Origin: the human T2T-CHM13v2.0 reference genome, Homo sapiens
Strand: one strand, 5' to 3'
NCBI RefSeq assembly: GCF_009914755.1
Contig: NC_060947.1
Length of the DNA: 64,000 nt
Shown here: positions 15,786 to 30,595 of the stretch, one piece after another
How the letters are laid out: the number at the start of each line of letters is the position of its first letter
How positions within the stretch are numbered: position 1 is the first letter of the stretch
The notes under the pieces: generated by a model
What the model saw: only the letters and a program-made list of their open reading frames with translations
Databases searched by the model: none
Told to the model about the DNA's origin: nothing
Position numbers and translations under genes: made by a program

Positions 15786-15995
15786 CTGCGCTATCCAATA
15801 ATGGTAGCCACTAGCTACATGTAGCTTTTTGAATTCCCATCAACTAAAATTAAATAAAATTTAAAATTCAGTTATTTAGTCACACTAGTCACCTTACAAG
15901 TGCTCAGTAGCCACATGTGGTTACTGGCTATTAAATTGGGCGGTGCAGATGTAGAACATTTCCATAATTGCAGAAAGTTCTATTGAAAAGTGCTG
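15786..15995. mobile_element. MER3-like hAT-Charlie MITE
   Basis: CTGCGCTATCCAATA..GTAGCCACTAGCTACATG..AGCCACATGTGG..GAAAGTTCTATTG..GTGCTG. Confidence 0.8.
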
Positions 15996-15999
15996 TTCC

Positions 16000-16305
<306 letters not shown>

Positions 16306-16620
16306 AAAGTGCTGTTCCAGAATCTGGAACTGAATGCAAAATTTCTAAAGCACCAAAAGGAAAAAAGAAAACAAAAGTAACCTAATAAATGCAGGAAATA
16401 ACATGAAAGGAAAAGAAAAAAATAATAAGGTATTATAGTAAATAGAAAAAGCAAAATAAGATGCTAAAGAAAAGTCCAAATGTATCAGAAATTATAATAA
16501 AAGTGAAGAGCTTAAATTTCTCTAACAGAAAGAAGCAGGGGCTCTTTTGTATCTTAAAGGGCAAAATGTCAGAAATATCAACAATAAATGAATGACCAAA
16601 GATATATCATAAAAATTTTA

Positions 16621-16905
16621 GGCCAGGCGTGGTGGCTCATGCCTGTAATCCCAGCAGTTTGGGAGGCTGAGGTGGGCTGATCACGAGGTCAGGAGTTCAA
16701 GACCAGCCTGGCCAACACAGTGAAACCCTGTCTTTACTAAAAGTATAAAAATTAGCCCGTTGTCACGGCACACGCCTGTAGTCCCAGCTACTCAGGAGGC
16801 TGACGCAGGACAATCGCTTGAACCTGGGAGTGAGCCGAGATTGCGCCATTGTACTCTAGCCTGGGCGATGGAGTGAGACTCTGTCTCAAAAAAAAAAAAA
16901 AAAAA
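16621..16905 (+). mobile_element. AluS with a small right-arm deletion
   Basis: Dimer with poly-A; CCTGGGAG joined directly to TGAGCCGAG. Confidence 0.95.
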
Positions 16906-17052
16906 ACTTAATCAAAACCTAAGCAATAGCATTATTTATCAGAGAAAATTAGAGTTAAAAATTAGACATAGAACCATATTTTAGATTGATAAAAATAAAG
17001 TGTGCAAAGAAGGTATATGTCTTGAATCTGTATGCAGAGATCTAAAAAATAA

Positions 17053-17360
<308 letters not shown>

Positions 17361-17439
17361 TAAGAGTACTGAATACTGAACTACATAAAGTAAAAACTGA
17401 CTAAGGGAAAAAGTTGGCAAAAGCAGAAATCTAAAGCTT

Positions 17440-18645
17440 TACTATGATCTTATTTTGACCTTCAGGGCCTTGGACTACCTCTCCCTCACCATGGATCCTA
17501 TAGCTCTCTGTCTCACTCTGCCATTTCACAAGCACACTCTAACTTCAGCCTTTGCACATTCTATTTCCTCTGCTTAGAACATATTTCCTCCAAATAATCA
17601 CATGCCCTGCCCCCTCCTTTCATTTAGGTCTCTGCTCTAGTGCAGGACACCTGAGAGCAGGTTTAAGGTTCTGCATAAACAGATGAGGTAAGAGCATTTA
17701 CATGGGATTTTTATTGGTATTTGACATAATTGGCTCTAGGATCCCTTTCTGGAACCCTGAGTCCCAGCTATCTGTGGTGGATTCCCCATCTGTCTTGCCC
17801 ATCTGCTCAAGTGTTACCCTATCAGAAAGGCCTGCTCCCACACCCTACCTAAAAGAGCACCCATCCCCCATGCCCATCATCCTGATCATTCTCTGTCCCT
17901 TTATTTGTTCTGTTTTTCTTCTTACTACTTCTTACCACCTGAAGCATTTGTTAAATAAAGATTATAGGAAGTTATTGGTTTGGATTAAGCTCCTGTACTA
18001 GGCCCCAATAGATCAGACTAGAAAGCAAATGGAGTCGCTCATGCTAAAGTTTCACATCGCCAAATCCAAACTAATTTATCATCTGAATTTCTGAGAAATT
18101 AGGAGAGAGCCAATTTCCCAAACAGGCCAGTTTAAATCTTCAGTTGGCATGATAATGAAGTTCTCTCTGTTTTAAATCCTTTCACAAAAGAAGTAGCCTG
18201 AAGTAACCTGTCATTAACTAATCTATTATCTTTCTATTGTTCTGTCTCCCTGTCCCCCTCTCACAAGAAAAGTAGCTTTGAACCCCTTAGTATACTTTGT
18301 TCTTTGTTTCTGCTTTCTCCAGCCCTTCTCTGTCTATAAAGCCAGTCTCTTCTGCTCAGCTCATGGGAACACTTAATTCTATTTTATGGAATAAAGTTTT
18401 GCCTGATTCTAGAATTCCAATAAAGCCAGTTGAGATCTTTAAACTAAATTTGTTATAATTTTGTGTGTTGACACATGCATTATAGATATTTTTATTTATT
18501 TACTTATTGTCTGTCTCCTCCAATCACAAGGTAAGTTTCATGAAAGCACAATCTTTGTTTCACTCATTGTTAAATCCCAGCACCTAAAACAGGGCCTGGT
18601 ACATGGTAGGTCCTTGACAAATATTTGTTGTATAACGAGTGAATT
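17440..18645 (+). mobile_element. L2 3' fragment, interrupted by an unidentified insert and an LTR
   Basis: CCTTTGCACATTCTATTTCCTCTGCTTAGAAC and L2 terminus CAGGGCCTGGTACATGGTAGG..AAATATTTGTTG..GAGTGAAT. Confidence 0.75.
17949..18473 (+). mobile_element. ERV1 (MER4-group) solo LTR, family not resolved
   Basis: TG...CA ends, near-TSD CATT/CATG, CTATAAA TATA box and AATAAA signals, AAATGGAGTC motif. Confidence 0.75.
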
Positions 18646-19178
18646 CCAGTGAGTAATGTACACCCTCGCTCATGTATTAACAGATTCAGTGACCTAAGAT
18701 ACATTAGAATATGGAAGAACTGAACCCAATTACAAATTTGTCTTGACAAACCTATATAGAATATTGAATCCAACAAATAGAATTCCTGACCTCAAGTGAT
18801 CTGCCCTCAAGTGCTTCATTCAATTAATGAAGCAGTTACTAAAACAGACCATGCATTATGGCTCAAAGAAAATCTCAATAAATCACAAAAGGCCAATATT
18901 ATAAAGGCCCACTATTTCGCAACATGCAGTAACATTATACATTAACAACAAAAGAATATCCAAAAAAAAAGCTATGTGCTTAGAAATTATAAATAATTTT
19001 TTGAAACTCTTCTAAGTAACTCAAAGAGGAAATAAAAACTGAGATTATGAAATATTTGTGAATGAAGACCAAAGAAAACATTATATGTCAAAATTTGTAA
19101 GATGCACGTCTCCACTCTCCCTTTCCTTTGTGCCCAGAGAAAAATCCTAATTGTGAATTTGGTAAAATGCCTTCCAGC

Positions 19179-20066
19179 TGTCACTGGAAAGGGGGCCTGG
19201 ATCCAGGCTCCAAGAGAAGGTTCTAGGATTTTGCACAAGAAAGAATTTAGCCGGGAGCAGTGGCTCATGCCTGTAATCCCAGCACTTTGGGAGGCCGAGG
19301 CAGGCGGATTACTTGAGGTCAGGAGTTCGAGGCCAGCCTGGCCAACATAGTGAAACCCTGTCTCTACTAAAAATACAAAAATCAGCCGGGTGTGGTAGCC
19401 CACGCCTATAATCCCTTCTACTCGGGAGGCTGAGGCAGGAAAATCACTTGAACCCAGGAGGCGGAGTTTGCAGTGAGCTGAGACCACGCCACTGCACTCC
19501 AGCCTGGGTGACAGAGCAATACTGTCTCAAAAAATAGAAATAAAATAAAATAAAATAAAATAAAAAAGAAAGAAAGAATTCAAGGCCAATTCATACAGAG
19601 TAAGTGAAAGCAAGTCTATTAGGAAAGTAAAGGAATAAAAGAATGGCTACTCCACAGACAGAGCAGGCCTGAGAGCTGCTGGTTGCCCATTTTTATGGTT
19701 ATTTCTTGATTATATGTTAAACAAAGGGTGGATTATTCATGCCTTCCCTTTTCAGACCATATAGGGTAACTTCCTGACACTGTCATGGTATTTGTAAACT
19801 GTCACGGTGCTTGTGGGAATGTAGTAGTGAGGATCACCAGAGGTCACTCTCGTCGCCATCTTGGTTTTGGTGGGTTTTAGCCGGCTTCTTTACTGCAACC
19901 TGTTTTATCAGCAAGGTCTCTATGACCTATATCTTGTGCCTACCTCCTATCTCACCCTGTGACTTAGAATGCCTAACCATCTGGGAATGCAGCCCAGTAG
20001 GTTTCAGCCTCATTTTACCCAGCCCCTATTCAAAATGGAGTTGCTCTGGTTCAAACACCTCTGACA
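19179..20066 (-). mobile_element. MER41A solo LTR with an Alu insertion
   Basis: Minus strand begins TGTCAGAGGTGTTTGAACCAGAGCAACTCCATTTTG; GGGAAGGCATGAATAATCCACC junction lacks the MER41B GAS segment; near-TSD CAGC/CAAC. Confidence 0.9.
19249..19566 (+). mobile_element. AluS
   Basis: Dimer with (TAAAA)n tail; TSD AAGAAAGAATT. Confidence 0.96.
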
Positions 20067-20734
20067 CAACCTCTAATCAATATTTGAATAAAGATAAGAA
20101 AGGTTAGAACAAACTAATAACACCAGATTAAACAAAATAATCACTGGTTACATTCTTTATATATTCTGGCTACTAATCTTTTTTCTGTTATATGTGCTTA
20201 CAAATATCCTCTCCCATTCAAATTACAAAAATTGCCTGAAAATAAGACAAAGTACCAGAGTTTTCTAAAGATGAAGGAAATTTTGAAGTTACTAAAAACT
20301 CTACCTTTCCCAAAACAATGACACCAGACAAAAATGACTTGAGATGAAAGTTCTATCAAAACTTCAAGGATACTTACCTAAAGGTTCCAATTTAAATCTG
20401 GAAGGAAAGACACTAATAGTTGCATAACTCATTCTATGTGACTAGCATAACCGTCACATCAAAACCAGACAAGGTGAACACACGCACGCACGCACACACG
20501 CACACACACACACAGGCAAAAATCAGATACTAATTTCACTAATGAATATAAAAAACAATGTAGCTACATTAGCAAATATATTCCAGAAGTAATCCATTTT
20601 GACCAAAAAAGGTTTATCCTATAAAAGCAGGAGTGTTTCAGCATTTAAAAAACATTTAAAATTAATCTTATACTGCATATAAATAGATTAGATGAGAATA
20701 AAATCTTAGGTCAGCATTAAAAGTCACCAAAAAC

Positions 20735-21026
<292 letters not shown>

Positions 21027-21415
21027 TTAACACTCATTCCTGCTAAACTTCTTAGCAAACAAATAATAAAAATAAACTTTATTTGAATAATAAAATGAAA
21101 CCTATAAAATAAAAGGTTCCTATAAGAAAGCATCAGAAAGTATCGCACATATTAGTGAAGTAAATGTTACAAGGATTCCTATTAATGTCAAGATTTTTAA
21201 AAAGATGATCGTTGTGACTGCTATGATTTCATTTTGCCCTTGAGAACATAGCCAATGCAATAAAAAAGGAACTATATTATTGTCTCAAACTCCAAGGTAG
21301 ACCTAGTAAGACAGTTGAATAACTGTCTCAAACAAGATATACAAAATAGACATCAAAAAAGCAATAGCTTTCCTACATCAATTACCGTCATGCCTCATTT
21401 AACAATGGAACTTCA

Positions 21416-21746
<331 letters not shown>

Positions 21747-22173
21747 TCATTCTGAGAAATGTGACATTAGGCAGTTTTCATTTTTGTGAGAACATCATGG
21801 AGTATACTTACATAAACCTAGATGGTAAAGCCTACTGCACACCTAGGCTCTATAGTATAGACCATTGTTCCTAGGCTACAAACCTGTACAGCATATTACT
21901 GTACTGAATACTGTAGGCAATTATAACAAAATGGTATTTGTGTATCTAAGCATATCTGACCAGAAAAGACACAGTAAAAATATGATGTAAAATATAAAAA
22001 ATAGTACACCTATACGGGCACTTATAAATGGAGCTTGCAGGACTGGAAGTTGCTCTGGCTGAATCAGGTGAGTGGTGAGTGAATGGGAAGGCCTGGGACA
22101 TTACTGTACACTACTGCAGACTTCATAAACACTGTATACTTATGCTACACTAATTTAAAGTTTTTTCTTTCTC

Positions 22174-22786
<613 letters not shown>

Positions 22787-25088
22787 TTACTGTAACTTTT
22801 TTACTTTATAAACTTTTCCATTTTTAAGACTCTTTTGTATTAACATTTAGCTTAAAATATAAATACATTGTACAGCTATACAAAAATATTTTCTTTATAT
22901 CCTGATTCTCTAAGCCTTTTTATTTTTAGATTTTTTATTTTTTGTTTTTTAAACTTTTTTGTTACAAACTAAGACACAAACACACATATTAACCTAGGCT
23001 TACACAGGGTCAGGATCAGGATCATCAATATCACTGCCTTCCATCTCCGCATCTTGTCCCAGTGGAAGGTCTTCAAAGGCAATAATATACATGGAGCTTT
23101 CTTCTCCTATGATAACAATGCCTTCTTCTGGAATACTTCCTGAAGGATCTGCCTGAGGATGTTTTATGGTTAACTTTTTTTTTTTTACAAGTACAAAGAG
23201 TACACTCTAAAATAATGATAAAAAGTATAGTATAGTAAATATATAAACCAATAACATAGTTGTTTGTTATCATCATCAATTAGTGGATCTGCTTCAAGGA
23301 AGAGATAAGGTATGTTTGTAATTTGCACAACCCTAATGACAGGCAATTAAAGATATTTGATATCTTTCTATTCTCTTAAGTATTCAACCTCTCATTCTTG
23401 AGTATCATAAAATTTTTATTGGTAGTGTCTGACTAAATAAAATTTTATTCTACATGGATTAAGTCCATAATTATTTACTTTCATATTTTTCCAAGACGAA
23501 TGAATTCATAGCTGAATTCATGTTGGCAAATCTATGCAGTTATCTCCTTAACTTAGTAAGTAGACAATTGTTGATTCATAATTCCTTTAATTCTGAAATC
23601 CCATAACCTCTCCTAATCCTACATTACCTGATTATCAACTTGTCTGTTCTAAACAGCCCATGGGCATTCTTCATCATGATGCTCACGGCAGGCGGAAAGA
23701 AAACCTTCATGCTCTCCTTTAATATCAAGAAAACCATCATTTCTCCCATAGAAGTAGATAGGAATGCTTGATTATTGGTCAATAATTGATTCTGTGTTCT
23801 GTATGCCCTCAACTACGGCTTGGCACCTCTTCTAGGACATGTCAAAGGACTTTTTGTCTTCATGAGAGAGTCATTTCTAGTTTTATCGGTGATGAAATGG
23901 GAGAACTTTGAATCCCTTGCCTAATAGTCTAATCGAATAATCCTTTAAATCAGAGCAGGGTAAAAAAAAGAGATAGAATAAAGATATACACTAGGAAAGT
24001 GATATACAGCAAAGCCTGTCTTATAAGAGATGCAGCCAATGAGAAATAGATGCATGAGACATCACTTGTTCTGCATCACTTTCCAGGGTTACATACTGTG
24101 CTTCAGGAGGCTTATATACCAGTGTGATCCATAAACCATCCATCTTCTTGGCAGACTTCAACAGTTTTGAGACTATTCATTTCTGTTTGATGCACTCTGA
24201 ATCCTCATTTCACTCATACTTGTCTGCACCACCCAACATTCCTTTGAAATACCATCTCTACCTTCTTTTCTTACCTAAAGCTTACCTACCCTTCTAAGTA
24301 CAGATCAAGTCTCACCTCTTTGACCCCTTCTTTGACCTTACCCCCGGGGATCACTGTCTTCTCTGAACTCCCAAGTCACTTCTCAGGGAGCAATGCACAG
24401 CAAGGAAGTCAGTGTGAGGAACAAAAAATACATTGTTCCTGCCTCTCACTTCATGTCCACTCTCCCCAAGGGGTTGCCTATCCATTTAGACAAACGAAAC
24501 AAAACAAAAATATACTACCGTAAAAAAAGGTCACCAGTAATTAATTAATTGCTTGAGAATGTACAGAAGGGAAAAAAATCACTGAGCCCTAAAGTAGTTT
24601 GGAAAGGTTTTGCCAAGAGACACTTGACTTAGGTGCAACAGAATGAGTAGATTTAGATAAATGGAAAAGAGACCATTATAGGTGGACAGGACAGAAGTAA
24701 ATGAAAAATTGAGATAGAAAAAAACTAGATGTGTTCTAGGAATAGGAAAATCTTCTCTGAACTGTATTCTTCAATGTGCCCAGTCCTGTACCTCACTATA
24801 GTAGGCGCTCAGAAAGCATCATTGATTGAATGAACTGAAAAAGTAATAATATTTTTTGCTAGGTAATAATCAGCCATTTGGTCAATACATGAGCAGAAAA
24901 TGGCTTCATTTTCAGGAAGTATAAGAGCATTAATTTCCCACATAATATGAAATAGTAGCTTACCATATCTTACTGATGGACACTTTTAATAAGACAAACT
25001 AAAAAAACTCATCTTTTAAAATTAGTTGAAATTAATAACAGAAATAGAATCCCAATCAGTAGCATTGCTAATAGTTGTTCTCTATTTA

Positions 25089-25204
25089 TATTCAGTGGTC
25101 CAAAATGTCACTATTTAAGTCAAATATCTATAAAAATGTGTGCAGTTATTCAGTGGTCCAAAATGTCACTATTTAAGTCAAATATCTATAAAAATATGTG
25201 GAGT
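25089..25204. repeat. 58-bp tandem duplication (2 copies)
   Basis: TATTCAGTGGTCCAAAATGTCAC... at 25089 and 25147, 2 mismatches. Confidence 0.97.
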
Positions 25205-27441
25205 AAATTTCAGCATACTTCCCTCTTATTACAAGTGCTGACCTTTTTCATTTTTGAAAATGCCTGTTTTGAGATAATGCTTCACAATGTCTTCTACAAA
25301 TACTTAGGTACTTAATTAACCATTGGATTTATGGTTTACGTGAGAGCAATAAATGACTACAAGAAGAGCATGTCTATTTCTGGTTCCCAGAATCATCGTT
25401 CCACAATTGCTTGAGGCATTATCACAGCATCCTTGAGTAAAGGCTTTTCTCGTGCTGAAGTGTGTGACCTGTGTCAGCGAGAATCAGGATGGCTGCTGTG
25501 GATTCATGGGACCCCCCTCCCTCATACCTGGCTTTGAGCAACAAACTGATCACATAACAGCCTTTTTCCCCTCTAAGTCTCAGACAACCTGCCTCAACTT
25601 TGAAAAACCTAACTGTCCAGTTACTTAATTTCATTAACCAAATAAACTGATTTGTGTTGTGTGGGTGTGTATGCACATGTATACATGAGCTGAGAGGGAT
25701 GTTTACAGACTGTAAAAATACGAGCTTGAAAAGAAAACTAGATCTCAGGAAACATAAACCAACATGTCAAAACCATGAATGCCTGTGGGGAAGATTTCAC
25801 ATATTCCCCCACTTAAGACACCTTTAACAAGATCAGTTTCTTCACTCCCATGAACAACTTTTTGTGAGTCATTAATTAGGCCCTTACACAATAAACAAAG
25901 AAATTAATAAGGAAGTTCAATGTTTTAAAAAATGGGAAAAGAGTTATTTCTTGAAAAGAAAGAGCAAAGTTATTTTCAAATACTTAAGCAAGTGAACTGA
26001 AGTGGGGTTTTTTTCTTGAGTTAGACACAGGTTTAGTTAATTCTCACAAACATATCTGGGAAGATAAGGAGTTTTCAGTAGAAATGTTATCCTCAAAGAA
26101 TATTCATGAGGGAGAAAAAGTGCAAGTGAAATCAAGTTGGAAGAGAAAATTAATACATACGTTGCTATGAAAGACCAGCTAATATTGGTCTCAAAACTCA
26201 GTTATGAGAACTATATGAAAGCTGAACACAGTTTAATACACGTGAAAGTGAGCAGAATCACTTTCTGCTTCCACTTGTACCAAGAACTAGTAAAAAGCAT
26301 GTGGAAAATAGTACAGAAATGAGATGGGCACAGCACAAAGTTTACAAATTTCATCTCACAGCTAACCATCCTCAAACACATTGTACTCTGAATTTAAGCT
26401 AGGCATAGTACATAAAAAATCTTCTAGATCACATCTAGATACATCTCTTTTCTCTCTTTATCACAGAGGGCAGTGCTCCCCAGAATGGTAGAATTTGCCA
26501 GTTTTCTGAAAAGGTGATGGGGAGAGCACAACAGTAACAACTTTGCTTTGACAGGCAACTGACACCCATATGATTGATCATGCCAATTATTTCTCCAATG
26601 GTGGAATGAGGATCGATTTTTAATTGAAGATGGAATTCTAGCATTCGGAGATTTTTTTTTTCCTTTCTTTCTTTTTTTTTTTTGCTTGAACCAGAGCTAT
26701 CCAGTTTTTGAAATGGCATGGCCTTCAGGGCCCATAGCCCTTTCTTGGACCTCCCACACTCTTCATATCACAAGGCCAAGAAAATAAGTACCTGCCCATA
26801 GCAAATAGCTATGGGCTATTTTTCCTAAACAGCTATGGGCATGTTTGCTCACCATTTGCTAAATCCCATGGAAACTGGGACAAAAGGACCCAAGAAACTT
26901 GAAGGGAGCACATTTTAAAACAACCCTACAAAACAGGCACTTTTTCTTGTATATTTTACCACCACTTTGCTTGTGCTGGTGAAAGTGGAGGGGAGATGAG
27001 AAAAGGCCTCATTTTGTATGTTAGCTCTTAGCTATTTGGTTTAAGGGATTTTTTTTTTCTTATAAAACATGCAACTGAAACTGGAAAGTCCTTCAGCTAG
27101 ATGGTCAATGTTTTTTGTGGAATGTGAAAAGGATGGCTTTTTATATCACTGGGTAATTTACATACGCTTGGTAGGTTACTCCCAGATTTCCAGGGTAGAA
27201 AGTGACAGTGGGAGACGATGATTCAAATTGTTCAAATATCCATAGGGAAGACATATAAACTCACCACAGACTTTGATAACGTATTAGTCATTAGATATCT
27301 CATCCTGACCCCAGCCTCAGATTCACCTGCTGAATACCTGAGCTTAAGTAAGCCATACTTGGAAATGTGGAAACAGAACCCTACTGAGAAAAAAAAACTT
27401 ATCAAGAAAAAAAAAATCTCTCTTTCCTGTGCCTAAACAAT

Positions 27442-27504
27442 TTCCCCCCTAAAGAGCCAGAAGCTAACACAATATTCCCCCCTAAAGAGCCAGAAGCTAA
27501 CACA
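27442..27504. repeat. 33-bp-period tandem duplication
   Basis: TTCCCCCCTAAAGAGCCAGAAGCTAACACA identical at 27442 and 27475. Confidence 0.97.
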
Positions 27505-27739
27505 GTAACACAGGAAAAAATGAGAATACAAAAGGTAACATCTCTAAAAGGTACTTCAGCTTTCACACCACGATTCCACATCACTACATTGATGACATGC
27601 AGAAAGCAATCAAATGCAGGAATACTCTGGGTTGACTGAGCAGAGGCACAGAGTAACAGCCTGGGTAAGCAGCAGCCCTGCTCCTGGGCCAACAGCTGAG
27701 CACACCCAACAGAAATAGAATGGTCACTGACGCTGACCA

Positions 27740-27945
27740 CAAGGCAGGCCCCACACAAGTAAGTGCTTTACCTGCCCTTTATCATGTAACTCTCATGGCA
27801 ACCATCTGAAATAGGCATTTTTAATTTCCATCTTAAAGATGAGGAGACAGAGGCACTGAGGGGCTAAATAGCTTGTCAAGCTATTTGTATAGAAGTTAAC
27901 ACAACCGGCAAGAAGCAGAGAGTCAGGAGCCCGGGTCTTTCTGTT
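27740..27945 (-). mobile_element. MIR
   Basis: CCATCTTAAAGATGAGGAGACAGAGGCACTGAG matches the MIR core (antisense). Confidence 0.7.
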
Positions 27946-28466
27946 TCTTTAAGCAACATTGCCTCCCTGTGTTCAGGGCTGACTATTCTCTCTCAGGTTT
28001 TCAGAGCCATTTACACAGATGTTCAAAGAACAATGCCATGGTTCACTCATACAACATGGAAAAACATCATCATAAAACTCACAGAGTATCTCTCTAGTCT
28101 ATAGAAGCCAAAATATCAGTGTGAAAAATAAAATCCACAGTCAATCTTACATTAATTCACTATGTCTTCTGAGTCCATTTTTTATTTGCTGATATATCCC
28201 ATTCTTAACAGTGTTTTACAGATGCGATTTTTATTTTAAATTAAAATGGAAAAATAAAGGTTTCAAAACTGTTAAAGATATCATGACCGTGCTTAAAATT
28301 ATTTTTTAAATAATACTGAGAAATCCCAAATCCAGAGCTCAGATAGCTTGTTTGAATCATTTTTCTTAAAAAAATAGTTTAGTGGACTTAGCCAGATGAA
28401 GCTCACATCTTGGCACCGTGATGTTCTGGATTATCCTTTGGCAGAGGGAAGGAAGTGGGACAATCT

Positions 28467-28781
28467 ATTATCATTATTATTGTTATTATTACGTTTTTTC
28501 AAGATGGAGTGTCGCACTGTCGCCCAGGCTGGAGTGCAATGGTGTGGTCTCGGCTCACCGCAACCTCTGCCTCCCAAGTTCAAGTGACTGTCCTGCCTCA
28601 GCCTCCTGAGTAGCAGGGATTACAGGCACACACCACCACACCCGGCTAATTTTTTGTATTTTTAGTAGAGACGGGGTTTCACTACTTTGGCCAGACTGGT
28701 CTCGAACTCCTGACTTCGTGATCCGCCCACCTCGGCCTCCCAAAGTGCTGGGATTACAGGCGTGAACCACCATGCCTAGCC
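28467..28781 (-). mobile_element. AluS (Sg/Sc-like) with (TTA)n tail
   Basis: Dimer; sits in the tail of the short L1PA. Confidence 0.95.
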
Positions 28782-28789
28782 TATTAATA

Positions 28790-29178
28790 TTATTTTTTAA
28801 GAATACAAGTGCAGAACGTGTAGGTTTGTTGCATAGGTAAACGTGTGCCATGGGGGTTTGCTGCACCTATCAACCCTTCATCCGTCATCTAGGTGGTTTT
28901 TTTGTTTGTTTTGTTTTTGTTTTTTGTTTTTAGAAGAGACAGGGCTTCACCTTGTTAGCCAGGATGGTCTCGATCTCTTGACCTCGTGATCCACCCGCCT
29001 CAGCCTCCCAAAGTGCTGGGATTACAGGCGTGAGCCACCGTGCCCGGCCCCCGTCATCTGGGTTTTAAGCCCTGTATGCATTAGCTATTTGTCCTAATGC
29101 TCCCCTCCCCCCGTCCCTCACCCCCCAACTGGCGCCAGTGTGTGTTGTTCCCTTCCCTGTGTCCACGTGTTCTTATTG
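28790..29178 (-). mobile_element. Short 5'-truncated older L1PA 3' end
   Basis: GTGCAGAACGTGTAGGTTTGTTGCATAGGTAAACGTGTGCCATGG; TSD ACAATCTATTAT near 28460 and 29181. Confidence 0.85.
28895..29049 (-). mobile_element. AluY-like left monomer only, with its own tail and TSD
   Basis: TTAGCCAGGATGGTCTCGATCTC..ACCTCGTGATC; TSD CCGTCATCT(A/G)GGT at 28882-28894 and 29051-29063. Confidence 0.88.
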
Positions 29179-29194
29179 GAACAATCTATTATAA

Positions 29195-30170
<976 letters not shown>

Positions 30171-30172
30171 TG

Positions 30173-30595
30173 TGTTGCCGAAATGCCAGGGATTCAGTCC
30201 AGGCCCTGCTGATGGCCACACAGAACGCCAACCACTGAAACAATGAGTATTACCAGGGAAGAAGGCTTTAATTGGGTGCTGTGACCAAGGAGAACGACAG
30301 ATAAAGTCTCAAACCCATCTCTCCAACTGGGGGTTTTATATAGTAGGGAAGGTGGGAAAACAGGAATTAAGGAGGGGAAAGAAAGCAATGATGATGGATG
30401 AGGGGTCTGGCATCTCATTGTCCAGATGCAGTGATCTGATGAGTTTCAGTCCCTTGCCTGAGGGTCGGTTTCCTAAGGAACGAACTCAGATGAGACAAAT
30501 GTAAGTTTCTAATTTTAAGACCAGGGAGGGTCAATTTCTATATTTATTTAAAAAACCATAAATATTAGTTCTATGGGACAATCAGACCAGTTTTA
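30173..30595 (-). mobile_element. LOR1-like ERV1 LTR
   Basis: Minus strand GATTGTCCCATAGAACTAATATTTATGG matches the LOR1 start; other end TGTTGCCGAAATGCCAGGGATTCAGTCCAGG. Confidence 0.8.

Noticed and set aside
19179-20066. MER41 as a STAT1/interferon-gamma enhancer
   Set aside because: The tandem GAS-containing segment of MER41B is absent here (MER41A-type junction).
27755-27765. Plus-strand donor-like CAA/GTAAGT
   Set aside because: Lies at the edge of a MIR, with no convincing upstream acceptor or reading frame.
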